From positions 33,480,001-33,544,000 of the forward strand of contig OX597815.1 in assembly GCA_951406725.2 (NCBI GenBank): DNA of 64,000 bases, in the 5' to 3' direction. This document shows, piece after piece, positions 24,091 to 38,390 of this stretch. Source of the DNA: Octopus vulgaris (Eukaryota). A model generated the notes under the pieces. That model saw only the letters and a list, made by a program, of their open reading frames with translations, did not search any database and was not told the DNA's origin. Numbering within the stretch: position 1 is the stretch's first letter; each line of letters begins with the position of its first letter. The translations under genes and the position numbers were made by a program.

Positions 24091-24350
24091 AATGTCAGCA
24101 ATCAAATAAATATATGTACATGCACAGAATTGAGGCACTTCAACAAGTACAGTTACAATATTAGATGTGTACATATATATACAAAAGGTACATGAGTACC
24201 TATATCACTAAAAAATAGAAGTCAAAAAATATTTCTGTACCACCGAATAGTCACAAATCTATTACAGACATCATAGGAAAAAATATCAGTAAGAAAACAG
24301 GGATAATTAAATTCATAATTGTTTAATAATTACAAAATTAGGCCTCATCT

Positions 24351-24391
<41 letters not shown>

Positions 24392-24393
<2 letters not shown>

Positions 24394-25946
24394 CTAGTTT
24401 CAGCTCAGAGCTGCGGCCATGCTGATGCACCGCCGTTTTGTGCTACACTGTTATTACTAAGAGCCTCCTCTAATATGTGGCATTTGATGAAGAATGGAGT
24501 TTGATATAGCTACCCTCATTTGCACCTCTTGCCGTGAGGTAGGTTCATCTGGGACTCTCAACAGGAAGAGGTCCAGCTTTGATTTAAAAACCCTCTACAT
24601 CTACTTTGTGCAATTCCTCAGACTCTTTGGGAGAATATTAAAAAGCTGTTGGCTCTTGAAACCCAGGCTGTTACAGTAACTGGTCCTGGAGCATGATGGC
24701 ATTGCTGGGATCTTTGGCACTATGCAGTGTCGTCCTGTTCTGGCATTGGTGTAGATTTCAATGCCAGAATTTGGCACAATTCCTTCCAGGATCTTACAGA
24801 TATATATTACTGCATACCTCTCATGTCTTCTCTCCAGGGAGTAGAGTCTTAGCTGCTTGAACCTTTCCCAGTAGCTGAGCTGTTGCAAAGAGATGATCTT
24901 GTTTGTGAATCTTCTCTGAATTGCTTCAAGGTCCGCTGTTAATTTCACACTGGTGGGTGACCATAGCTGTGAGCAGTAATCCAGGCGGCTGAGGACGAAT
25001 GTCCTCCAGAGGAGCATCATGGTTTCCTTATCTCTGGTTCTGAATGTTCTTCGGATCCATCCAGTCAGGCATATCATACCATGATCCACCTTATCAAAAG
25101 CTTTTGCAAAATCAAGGTATATTACGTCCACATTTCATTTGTTGAGTAACTGCCTCAACACCCAGTCATAATGTTGTAAGAACTGGATCAGGCAGCTCCT
25201 ATCTGGTCGAAAACCTTGCTGGGTAACAGTCAGCAAGTTATTTTTTTCAAGGAATGCAATTAGTTTCCTTCTGACTATCCATTCCATGACTTTGCTGATG
25301 TTTAAGTCAGAGAGATAGGCCTATAGTTTTTGGCATCTGCTGTACTTCTCCCTTTATATATTGGGCATATTATTCCCTCCTTCAGATTACTTGGCATTTT
25401 GCCATTTGTAAGAAAGCTCTGGAAGAGAATCTTGAGGGGTTTTACTAGGGCATGCTTACACGATTTGAGGAGGATTGCTGGGAAACCATCAGGACCAGCA
25501 GTTGAGTTTGTGTCCAATTCATCTATGGCTAGTAGTATATCTTCTTCGCTAATGTCAATGTATTCCATTGTAACTGCCTCGCTGGTTATAGGTGAGCCGG
25601 CAAAGAAGTATGTTGGTTCGTTCACTTGTCTGTTCCAACGGGGTGGTAAAAACACATTTGAACTGGTCATTCAGTATCTCACTGATCTTAGTTGAACTGT
25701 CTGTGAGGGAGCCATCCTTTTGGAGGAGGGGTCCTATCTTGTAGTGTACTGAGGCTGTTTCTTTCGCATAATGAAAGAAGGCCTTTGGGTTTGACTTAAT
25801 GTTTTTTATAACCCAGGCTTCTTTGTCTGCTTTCTCCCTCACATAGGATTGTTGCAGCCTTTTTTCGATCTCCATCAGTGTTGTTTTTAGGCGGGACGTT
25901 TCACTACTTTTGGGATGTTGGTTGAGTCGATTTGCAACCTTTATCC

Positions 25947-25947
<1 letters not shown>
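24392..25947 (-). mobile_element. CR1/L2-group LINE, 5'-truncated, with RT core deleted
   Basis: NIKSNPKAFF, STAGPDGFPAILLK, NYRPISLT, DVIYLDFAKAFDKVDHG, LSRLDYCSQLWSP, LEAIQRRFT, LYSLERRHERY; QGS and YADD absent between GMIC and LTGWI; 3' stem-loop tail at about 24394-24443. Confidence 0.9.
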
Positions 25948-25978
<31 letters not shown>

Positions 25979-25982
25979 GTCA

Positions 25983-26310
25983 TATCATCAATGTCGTTTA
26001 ATGTCCGCTTTCCAGGCTGCCATAGCTCGAACGGCTTGACTGAGGACTGGCAAGCCAGAAGGCTGTGCAAGGCTCCAATGTGATCTGGCAAGATTTCTAC
26101 AGCTGGATGCCCTTCCTAATGCCAACGATTCTGAGAGGGTAGTGGGTGCTTTTTATGTGCCACCAACATGAGGGCCAGTCAGGCGGTGCTGGCATTGAAC
26201 AAGCCTGAATGGTGCTTTTTACATGGCACAAGCACGTGAGCCACACAGGTGACACTATCAACAACCATGCTCCCATAGTGCTTTTTATGTGCCACTGGCA
26301 TGCTACCTGT
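25983..26310 (-). mobile_element. RTE 3'UTR fragment
   Basis: tcgtttaatgtccgctttcca..ctggatgcccttcctaatgcc..gggtgctttttatgtgccacc repeats. Confidence 0.8.
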
Positions 26311-26317
26311 CAGGTGT

Positions 26318-26585
<268 letters not shown>

Positions 26586-28954
26586 CATAAATGTTACATG
26601 ACCAATAATACCTTGAAAATAAAAGAGTTTAATATTTAATTTTATATATAATCATATGTGCATGTGAAATTGTTAAAATATAATTTATGAGGAAAATTTA
26701 GTTTTATTTTGATTTAAATACTGATAACTTCATAGCAAAACATCTTACAGTTCACTGCATTTAGCATTTCCCACTGTCACTCACCCCTATTCTATTTGTT
26801 GTTTTAGTTTCCATCACCCAGCATGACCAATTCATTGAATTTTATTATATGTAAGATAAGAAAGCTGAATGAACTTTCAAATACAAAAAAGAAACAGAAC
26901 AATGAAGTAGAGATGTTGCTATAGCAAGAGGAAAGAAGTGCTGTTGAATAATTTAGAAAACTGTTTCACTAAGCATTATGAGACAAATGCAAAAAAAAAA
27001 AAAAAAAAAAAAAAGAAATAATAAACAAAATAACTCCAGCTTATAAATCTTATAAATTGGAACAAATTCAACAGCTTCAAACATCGAAGTTTTACTCAAA
27101 TATATATATATATATTTATATACATCTACAAAAAGACACGTAGCATATATGTGTATATATATATATATATATCGATAATTTATTTCCAAACCAGTTACAA
27201 TCAGGTTATGCTAACTCCTTTTTCAGGTCAATAACTTGTAGGTGGAATGAGTTCTTATATTAAAGAACAATAAAGGCAGTAGTTTGGTAGAAATGTGAGA
27301 ATGTTGGGAAGAATGCCTTCATATTTGTTCTGGCTCAAACAGAACTTGTCAGGGTCAACATTGCCTTTCATCCTTTCAAGGTTGATAGAATAAAACACCT
27401 ATCAAGTGCTGTGGATCAATAATAAAGAACATTTTGTAATTAAATAGTTTATCAACTTGTTTGGTACATAAATTATAAGCTCATTTGGTAAATTGGACTC
27501 TGTTTAATATGTGCTATGTAACTGAAGTTTTGTCATTCAGCATATACTATGTATGTTGAAGATGTTCTACTTATGCACAGATAGAAAAACAAGTTTTAAG
27601 CTAAAAATGACCTGTTTGATGGGACTGTAATGTACATTCTGATTAGTTATGTTCAAAATTACATATTTATTAATGTAACTCTTTGTACTGCAGCTGATGA
27701 GCACAATATTTGGTTCATAGGTCTATCCTTTATTATTTGGTTCACATTATTTCGTTCATAGTCTATCCTTTATATTCTGTTCAACATTAGGATTCTTTTA
27801 TATCATTCCTACAAAAAGTAATTCAAAGTGTCTGTTTCATGTGAAATGTTTCAGACAGAACACCCAGAAGGCATATATGTTAATTTGGTATGTTCATGGT
27901 ATAAGCTAAACTATATTTGTTATAATAAAGTCTCTTTTCATCTTAGTATCAGAGTTTGTAATGTTTTCCATGAGAGATTTTATAATAATGTTTACTTAAG
28001 AGATTTTATTATTAGAATTATTACTCATTGCTGAAACTCTTACTTTTAGTGTACAATTCTGAATATATTTTGTGCCTTTGTGTTATGACCTAGCCATATA
28101 GAAATAACAAATTTGCTCAAAAATCTAAGAACTTAAAATTTGTTATGACATATAATATGCATTGCAAATACATAAAATTAAATTTTAAAACTAACCCCAT
28201 AGCAAGGGATTGTCTTAACTTTGTGGAGCAGCAGAAATTTAGAACCTGTATCAAAAAACAGATTTACAAGAACAAGTAATTAGTAGCTGACATCAATAAA
28301 ACGATGACTAAATATTAAATTAACAAATTAAACTTTTTCAAAGTTATATAGAATATCAGTACTTTATATAACTACTGTAAAGTAATTAAAAGCAGGCTAG
28401 AAAAATATTTTCAAATGTATGTTTCATGTTATAAAATGCAGTCATTAATTATCTGATTAAATGTATTGTTTGATATGTATCTTCTTTAGTTTTTAATATA
28501 TTTCCTTCATCAATACAAAAAAAAACAAAAAAAACTACGAGACTAAAAGCCTCGCTCACTGCTATGTTATTGCAATGAAAGTCACACCAGCAGCTCTAGA
28601 TAATTATATTGGTCTCCAATAATGACCACACGTTTTTTTTTTCTCTTTCATAGTATTATCTGATAGCTCACTGAAATGGCAGGATTTCCTAAATTGCATT
28701 CAGTTTCCTCTTATGCAGTTTAATTTGTTCTTCACTTTAGAATATATTATTTATTTAGTTTTTAGCAAAAATTAATGTAAGGTCTAAATTACTTTTTTTT
28801 TTATCTTACTTTACACATTTGAGGAATAATAAAACTATTAGTTCTGTGCTATAGGCTATGTTTACCATAGCTCAGTTATTCTAATTGAAATGAACATTTA
28901 TTGTCAGGATGTTTTGATTAGTGTTAATAGATACCACTTCTAATGATCATTGTT

Positions 28955-29165
28955 TGTTGGTGTTTAGCTGCATATTAGCCTTGATTAGGTGGACCTATGA
29001 TCAAAGAAGTTCCGTGTCATTCCTGTCTTTATTTAGACGTAGTATATTAGATATAATACTGTCAAATGGGTCTTTTCTTCTTTTCAAGATGGTTGGGTGT
29101 GATGTGAAGGAGATTTAAATGCTATTTATAACTGGCTTAGCAATTATACAGATACTTTTTTGTTT
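28955..29165 (+). mobile_element. Old interspersed repeat family (other copies at about 33705-33880, 34445-34560, 39535-39720, 60170-60330 plus; 36105-36140, 42185-42255 minus)
   Basis: Shared motifs tgtttagc..gacctatgatcaaag and aagatggttgggtgtgatttgagggagatttggctgctatttctagca recur in these copies. Confidence 0.65.
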
Positions 29166-32100
29166 GCTTGCTAGCCATAGTCACTTTTTGATGATGGTGT
29201 GGGTTGCTTCCTCCCATCCCACAATATGACCTATTCTGTGTTTAGTCTACATATCTTATCTGAAAGTCATTGTAACCGAGAATCAGATGTATTGTAGAAC
29301 AATACCACTCACCTTGCTACCTTCTGCAACAAGTTTGTAGAATTTTCATTTGACATATAGCAACCCTCTCTACATGGGTGTGTATACACACATATATGCA
29401 CCTTGACTCTTATCTTTATTCTTACATTGTTACCATGAAAGTGCAGATCTTTTGAAAGATAAAGATAAAAATCTATGTAGAATCCAAACAAGATAACTAA
29501 ATTATTGTTATGAATTTACTGTCCTTCTTGCTTCTTTGACATCCTGTCATCAGTCTAGTGCTCATTACTCTTGCTATCACTAATTTTGTTACTACCTCTC
29601 TTGTTTTCACCTTCACTGGACTGTACTGCCTGTATAAAGATGACAGTGGATCTCTCATAATCAGTGTACCATGGTCCCAGTGTAATTAAAAATATCATTG
29701 AACCTGTCTGATCCCTTCAGCTTTCCGGCACTTACCTACTCTTTCATCATGAGATATTTGGATAATGGATTGCATCAGATCTACTTGTATTCCATAAACT
29801 CTTATTGTTTGTTATCCATTTTTGTACTTCAAGACATCATACCCTTACCTTTGGCCACTTGTTGATATTTAGCATTTACTTTTATTGTGGTCCACTTTAT
29901 TACCATCCCCCCCTCTCTCTCTCATACCTCTATTTCCCTCTCACCTTATCAGTCTTTCTGCCATCATACTCTTACTCCCTTTACCCACTCACTCTTCCTG
30001 GTTCCTCTATCACCCCCCCCCCCATATTTGCCTCCTCACCCACATAGCCTTAAGTGACTAAGCTGTTTATAAAATAGCGAGTACTCACTAATCTTATGGG
30101 CTACAAAGCAACCCCACTTCTGTTATCACAGAAAAAAAAATCTACTCAGGACTCTCTGGTGAATGAACAGTGACTACATGGGGTTTGAGAAGAGCACTTG
30201 GCATGAACCTCTCTATTACCAGTGTGATAATAAAATGCTCTCAATACTCTGTTAAGTGGTTCTTGATGAAAAGAGTATCCAGTTGTAGATGCCAAACTAA
30301 GATGCTGTATATGAGTGGACATGATTTTCCCTCCTACTTGTCTAGAAGGGGAGCAAGTCAGAATAAGAACTGACATAGATTATGCCATTTATCCAACTCA
30401 TACCAGTATGGAAATTAACATAAATGATCATGTAGCAAGGTATACTAAAGAGTCTCCATTACCCTATATCAATTCATGTTCAGAGTTACTACTTTCCTGG
30501 ACCAATGGTCTGTGAAGCAACTTGCAGAGTCCATGTTTTGATAATACATTCCATTTTTGATGTGATTTTCTTTGTTTGGATGCTTTTCCTGCCTCAACCA
30601 CGAGTGTACTGGGAACATTTTATTGCATCATTATCACTAGAGAGATGGTCTCATATAAGAAAGACTAATAAGTCCCCTTAACTCTGTATCAGTTTTTATT
30701 CAAAGTTACTGATCTCCTAGTTGATTAGCTTGCCATGCAGCTTTCAGAATCCACATTTTGTTTCAAATTAATGATACTTTCCCATCTTTTTTAATGGTGC
30801 TTCAAGCTAAGAGCAATCAAAAATATACAAACCAAGTACACTGTTATAAAAGGACAAAAGCTTGAGTAAACATCATTTGAAAATGATATATATGTAATAT
30901 AAACTTCAGAACTAGAATTTATGTGGAAAAGCATGCAAAAAAATTATTTTAGGCAAATATTTTAAGTAGTTTATGCTGGAAAGACTACTTCAAAAACCAA
31001 CAATTACATCATTCAGACTCAGATTCAAACATAACTAACATCTGAGTTAGAATAGTTTATGTTTGCTACTCTAATATTTTTCAGTTGCAGCCATTCTCTT
31101 TTAAACTCTACCTCATCCAGGTCACTGACTTTCGTGGAGCTAATTTCAAGAAAATGATAATTTAACCAATGAGTTTGAGCAAGCTGGACAAAATCAGCAG
31201 TTGACTATTGGTGTTGCAAAATCATATTAAGTATGGGGTTAGAAAATATTTTGAAGCTATTACCTCATTGGCAAAAAAGGGCTTCCTCTCCAGTTAAAAG
31301 ACTGATTGTTTATGTGTAAAGTGTATTGTACTGAAACATGTGCATTGACTGTGATGGATGATTAAAAATGAGGTGAACATGTTCTGCTGGATATATAATG
31401 TTAACATGAGTGACAGTACATGAAGTGGAGGAAATATTGGGTATGAGAAAACTGGGCTGTTATGGTTATATAATGCATAAGAAAGATAGTTGGTTGAAAA
31501 AGATTCAAGTGACCTCAGTGGAAGAAGACAGAAAGAAGTTGTAAAGATTTTAGGTGGAGCTTCACATAAATGACAAGGGGCAGTAACATGCAGCAAGATG
31601 CTATACTGGTGAAGACCTGCAAAATGATGATGTTTGTCTGTTTATGTTTGCATATATGTGTACATATGTATATGTATGTATATGTATTTCAGTTTGTTTT
31701 GTACATTCACTCTTCCATAGTGGCATAGGTTGGACAAAGACTTATTTAAGCTGGATGCCCTTCTTATCACCAACCCTTACTTGTTTTTCAAAAGATTTTT
31801 TAGTTTACTGGTTATCACTAGTTCCAATCCAAATAGTAATTTCACTGTACTCTGTTGATTTTTAAAATTAATACAAATCTTGTCAGCCTCTTTGGATTTC
31901 ATTTTATTTTACACACTGTACACACGTCTTCATAATTTTAACAGCTACTTTTCCATGCTTGCATGCATCAAATCAAATTTGTTGGGTTAGATAGCTGAAT
32001 GCTCTTTGTTGCCAACCTTTACCTATTTCCATGCAAGGTAATATTTTCAACTAATTTAGACTTGCTTTCGGAGAAGTCAAGCTGTTACAGTCAACTGTTT

Positions 32101-35100
32101 TCATTCAAAAGATTCAGTAATTCTGAATGGAGTACCTCAAAGAATTATCTTGGGACCATTACTTCTAGTAATAGTTTCTTCAGAACTATCCTCAGTTATA
32201 TAAATAGCTGCTATTTGTACCTTTGCTAGTGATAATATAACAAGGCAACCAAATGTTCTGAATGCATCTAAAACTTTCAGATACAGTTAGTTATTCAGAA
32301 TTTCTCAAATTAATAGTCTAATAGAGTTAATGAATGCTGTGCCAAGTGAATTAGTATTATAAAGAGTTGACAAGTTGAAATAGAAAAATATAACAATTTC
32401 TATTGTTTAGTTTTGTCTGTGTAACATTGATAGATTGAAGATGTATGTTTCAATGTTGTTTGATTAACAAATGAACAAACTCTGTCATCCATTTATTTAT
32501 TTGTGACCTAGTGACTCATGCTTGTTGTCTACAATTTGAAATTTTATTTTCATATAGAATGACTTTTGTTGAACTATGCTTTCTTTTAAATCAATTATTT
32601 ACATATTTCACTAAAACCTCGGTCTTACCCAAAAGAAAGAGGTGTCTCTGTTGCTATTGGTTTCATAAAGTAGACTTCTTTTGGTTTGTCGATCTTCATC
32701 TTAAAATTTATACATCAGAGGTAGGTTGTCTGTTAAATATATATATAGTAAAGTGAAAGAATGTGCTTGTTTCAAGATATGGCTTCTCCTATCTTCACTA
32801 AACATCCACAGACCTTTAACTAGCTGATACTTGACTGAAGGTTCATTTGAAGTACTGTTGATAGCAATGGATTCTAAGCTGTAATATGTGCAAGTAAGTT
32901 CTTTAGTAGTTTCCTGAGTCACTATAAGTTATAGAGTCACTATAATTTGAGGAGACAGGCAGTCTGCACAAGCAAAGCAAAACATTGTTGTCTGTTGTGT
33001 TGGTTTCTAAGGAATATTTCCTTATATTATCTCATTCTTTAAATGAAGAGTTCATCTAATAGAGTAGCCATTTTTTCTCATCATAGCATCCTAGAATTCC
33101 TCATCTTTGCTTTAACCTTCCATTTGTTGAAGATAAGAACCTTGTAAGTAAGGAAACTGAGAAAATTACCAATATTTAAATGAGTTGATTAATCTCACCC
33201 CACCCCTCTTTGCAGAGAAACATATACTTCATTGATATCCCTGAATGGGCTCTCTTTCTATTTAGCATATTTTGGTGGCTGGTATTCCATAGTTCATGGC
33301 ATTTAATTTCTTGTGAAACATCAAAACCTGGATACATTCTGAAATTGTTGCTAAGCAGTAAAATCTAAACTCGGGTATTAATATGAATATTGAACAATGT
33401 AGCTTAAATCTATCTAACGAATGTTATAAAGATTTGGATGCAAGTTTTGACATGTCAACATCATCATCATTATCGATGATAATTATCTTTGTGATTGTAT
33501 ATTGATGTTTTATACAAGATTATATTACTATTTGTTTGTTACCTCATCTACATTAGCATCAGATGTAAGGGAAAATTATGTATTTATCCTCACTGTTATT
33601 ATAATAACTGCCACCACCATCCTAGCATCATTCTTTTCATTACTATCATTTTAACATTTCATTGACTATGATTGTTACAATATCTTGTTTTATCTTGTTA
33701 TTGCCTTTTCAGCTTGTCAGCTTTGATTGAGCAAAACTATAGTTACAGGTTCTCCATTTGTAACCATCATGTAGTTTTTGTGTATTTATGATTACATTGT
33801 CCAGTGTTTCTTTTCTCCACTTTTTTAACGATGGTTGAATGTGATTTTGGGAGATTTGGCCACTATTTGTTGCAGCTTAAATCACAGATGTATAGGCTGT
33901 CTTATTGACTCCTGCTTTTCTTGTACATAATGCTGGTAAAAGTTACATTAATGTTCATTGTTTGATATCGAACCCGATTGACTGATTTTTTATCAAAATC
34001 ATTATCACCATCATAGGTCATTATCATCCACTTAGGGTGGGTGGTATTGTGAAAATAGGGTAATGTAACCAAATTTTGGTTCAATTCTCACTTGTAACTA
34101 TTTTGACACTTAGAATATCGCTTGAACATTACTGCTTTTTATTTCTCTTTTAGATTTCTTTGGTTTCACATCTATATAGAAGGTCATTATAATCTTAAGG
34201 TTCATATACTACAAGAAGACTGAATGCATTAAGAGGCTAGGTTGAAATTTGATCAATTGGCCTTTTACTTAGAATGGTCAATAAAATAGCTAACAATAAT
34301 TATACATCTCTATGGCCTTCTACCTTATTATGTAGTCTTACTTTTGTCCCATACTGTTAATTCAAGTAAGATTTAAAGCTCTTGTAATTAATTTTCTGCT
34401 ACTTGCCAAAATTTACCTTTTAATATGGTTATCTATATCCTGTTGTTGCTGTTTAGCTTGAGTAAGCCTTCCTTTTTAAATTGGTAGGATATGATCTGAG
34501 GGATATTTGGTTGCTATTTCTAGCATGTTGAATGACTGCATAGAGACTTTCCTCATTGGATTATCTGTCTTGTCCTATCCATTAATGAAGCAACACTTAT
34601 TACATAACTTTTATGAATTAATGGTTAAATCTTAAAATATGCTTTATGCTTTCATTCTATGGGAAGAATTTTCATGACCAGGTTTGATAGACATTAAATT
34701 AGACTGTATATTTTTACTACTGTCTGACTCCAAGACAGGAACTTTAAGTTAATATTTTTGGAAGTTAGTTTTACTGTACTGCAAAATATATAACCAACAA
34801 TCAAGTAGATACTCAGTATATTGCCATCAGGGAATATGACTGAAAAATAAAGCTTATTTCTCATCAGTAACAGTGATCAAGATAAATTAGTTACATAAGA
34901 AACAGATAATTGTGTGAAACAAGGGCACACAAGCTAGTAAGTTATGCTGAACCAGCCCATAATAATTATCTGAAGAGGTAGTTTGTTTTCAAACAATAAT
35001 TGATGCCTCAAAGTTTAGCAAAATTAATATAAATTTGAATGAAATGATACAAGATGTACTTTATTTTACTGTTGTTGATTGCATGATTCAGCCAGTATTC

Positions 35101-37129
35101 ATGTAGTTTTTATTTCATAATCACAATTATGAGTATAAGGCTGATGTTTGGTATTAATTTAATCTATCCCCATGACATCTCAGAAACAGTTTGAATATTA
35201 CTATTTATAAGCTTTTTCATCATTGACATCATCAGCAGCAGTAGTAACAACAATATCTTCTGTCTACACTGATGTGGGTTGGACAATTTGAAAGGACCTG
35301 TCAAGCTACAAGGCTGTCAAGCTCCTATTTCAGCTTTGGTATGGTTGTTATGGCTGGATGCCTTTTTAATGAAACTATTTCAAGTCAATTACAAACTTCC
35401 ATTTTTGTATATACAAATGAAGTCACTGTTTACATTTTTTTTTACTATATATAGAAAAATTAGTAGATTAACTAACTATAAAAGTTATGAGCTAATTTTA
35501 TTATTTATAACAAAATGGAACTAAATTCATTGGTACAGGTAAATGAACATACCCATATATTTATTACATATAAAATTTCATCCAATCTAATTTATATAAT
35601 AATTAGAATTTATTTGTTCTCTTGCTTTCACTTTAGAGAAAAAACTTTTATTCTAAAATGTAATTTTCCTTCATATACTTATTTATGATGAGTGTGATAA
35701 TGAGTATATTAATTCTATGCTAGCATCAGTTGAAAAGTTAAAATTAGATTTTTTTCTATCAATATTATACAGTCTAATACTCTTCCTTATAGTAGCTATT
35801 GAACAATTACTTCATGTAATACCTATTTTTCAGCTAGAGTGAGTTAAGCAAGTGATTTGTTATAGTTTACTGTTGCAGTTAAAACTTGAGAACATAATTT
35901 TTTGTTATTTGAATTGCTTTTTGATAGACAAAAAGTATTTAAAAGATACTTTAAATTCTTTTATTTCTTCCTGGCATGGAGAAGTGGACATATGATGTTG
36001 ATGACTTGGTTTTTTTTTAGTTAACAAAGGAACCCATTATGAAATCACTCATCCTGTTAAAAATAGTAACCACCTTCCCTCTCATCATACATTAGCATTC
36101 TTAGGCCTGCTTGATCAGGACCAGCCTAGAACTAAACAATAACAATCGAATTGATTTCTATTTGTTCCTTTTGTACTAAAAAAATTTGCATAAAAAATGG
36201 AGACCCACTATGGTCGAACACAGACTGGTGGCTGGAACCAGATTGAATGATTATATGTATATAGCTAACAAATGATTCTTCTTATTCATGCTGTCCCCTG
36301 GAATTATCAACTACCTCAAATAACTTACTACTCTCAAACTTTATAAGAAGCAGATTATAATGAATATTTTATATCACTCTTTTATGTAACATTTAAGATT
36401 TATTGTGTACTACAGTAAGAAATGTCAGTTTAATACATTTCATCTCTCTAATTTTCCATTTATTTAGGTTTTGTGTAACACTAATCCATCAGCTTGTATA
36501 AATATGGTCTGCACATTGTGTGTATTTTGTGCCATTACAGCATAAACTTGTTTGGGTCATGATCTTTCTGTTATTTTGTCTGTGCCCTTCATTTTAAACT
36601 TTGATCAGCCATCTATTTCCCTTTTCATGCATACATACTCTAATAATTTAAGATTTCCTGGTTTATAGATTTAGAACACTATAATAATTATTACACAGTC
36701 TTCAGCAAGTAGTTTGTTAATTTACTCTGATTGTACTCTTAGTTAACCTGGATTTTCAGGCATGATACTCAACTACATTTCCGATATAATGGGGTTTGGT
36801 CAATTCTATGTTAAAATCTATTCAGTCCAAAAGCTATATGTCATACAGAAAAAAGACAGGCCATCAGTAATGAGGCTGTTAACAAATATTTACTTGCAGA
36901 GAGTGCTATTTATGGTATTGTTTTGAGTGTTTTTCTCAATATTTTGACTCTGAAACTCATTGCAGCTGAATTCTCTTGGAGAGAAAAGACAGAGGTGTAA
37001 ATTGGTTACAAATAGTAAGGTGCTGCAAATTTTAGAAGATTCTAAAGATCAACAGGAATTTGATCAAATATATCAAGTGGATGATTGGAAGTTATTTGAA
37101 GATTTCAAGTAGGAAATGATAGTGATTTA

Positions 37130-38390
37130 TGAAGTGGTATCAAAAAGTTCCTGGACTAGTTATGTTTAATTGAAAATAACTTATTTACCTAAGTTTTAAC
37201 ATCATCTCTTTTGAAATAGTCACTTTGCACAGCAATACACTGGTTCCAGCATTCCTGCCACTTTTGGAATCCGGTCTGGAAGTTGTTTTCCAAAAGTGAA
37301 TCAAGGACCTTCTGCAATTCGCTCTTGATCAATACGAGTGTTAAAACGGTGACCTTTGAGCTGCATTTTCGTCTTGGGAAAGTGATGGAAGTTTGCAGAT
37401 GCTAAATCTGGCGAATAGGGCAGGTGTGGAAGTGGTACCATGTTGTTTTTGGCAAGAAACTCATGAGTGAGGAGAGATCGGTGACAGGGTGCATTGTCAT
37501 TGTGAAAAATCCAATTCTTCGCACTCCACAGATCTGGTTGCTTTCGCCAAATGTTCTCTCTCAAATGCTTCAAAATGTCACAGTAAAACTCTTGATTGAA
37601 GGTTTGGCCCTGGGAGATGTTGAAAAAAATTATGAGCATGATTTTGATTGAGCTGTGGCTCTGTTGTGCTTACTTTGGTCATGGAGATTAAGGGCCCTTT
37701 CATTGTAACAACTGTTGCTTCATCTGAGAGTCATACCTATAGACCTAAGTCACCAGTGATGATCCTTGACATGAAGGATAGGTCATTGGCAACACACTGA
37801 CGGAGATTTTGACAGACTTTGCAATGTTCTTTCTGCTCAGTAGACAGCAGACAGGGGACAAACTTGGCATAGACTTGCTGCATGTCCAATTCAGATGTTA
37901 GGATTGCTTGCACAGACCCATATGACAGACCAACAACATCAGCAATGTTGTTGATTGTCCTTCGATGATCCTTGTGCACAAGTTTTTCCTCATTTTCGGG
38001 GGTGACACTCATGGCAAGTCTTCCAGATTGCTCATTGTCTTCTTCTTCTTTTGAAGTGCCCATGTCACTCAAAACGTTACTTATGACCCATTGCCTCATC
38101 GCTATAAGCTTGCTAAAGCATACTCAATGGCTCTGTTGTAGACATCTTAAGTTTAATGCAAAGTTTCATGTTGGCTCTTTGTTCTGTCTTCCTGTCCAAG
38201 GTAAAATCGCAGACTACAGCATACACGTAATCACACAAACACAAATTTCACAACCACAAAGTAAGCAGTGATGTCACTCAGCTCACTGCTTCATGAAAGT
38301 CACTACTAGCTATCACTGTGCACACAACCATGTGCTGCCATCTGTTGGCATGCTACAAAACTAGTCTGGGAACTTTTTGACACCACTTTG
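37130..38390 (-). mobile_element. mariner DNA transposon fossil (~1.26 kb)
   Basis: TA|tgaagtggtatcaaaaagttcctggactag ... ctagtctgggaactttttgacaccactttg|TA TIRs with TA target-site duplication; transposase fragments inside. Confidence 0.92.
37200..38170 (-). pseudogene. mariner (Mos1-like DDD) transposase pseudogene
   Basis: AKFVPCLLSTEQK, MSRIITGD, GQTFNQEFYCDIL..LR, WIFHNDNAPCH, HLPYSPDLASANFHHFPKTK motifs. Confidence 0.9.

Noticed and set aside
29307-29360. Minus-strand MSNENSTNLLQKVAR|gtgagt candidate exon
   Set aside because: Good donor but embedded among decayed repeats, with no acceptor or promoter context and no partner exon.
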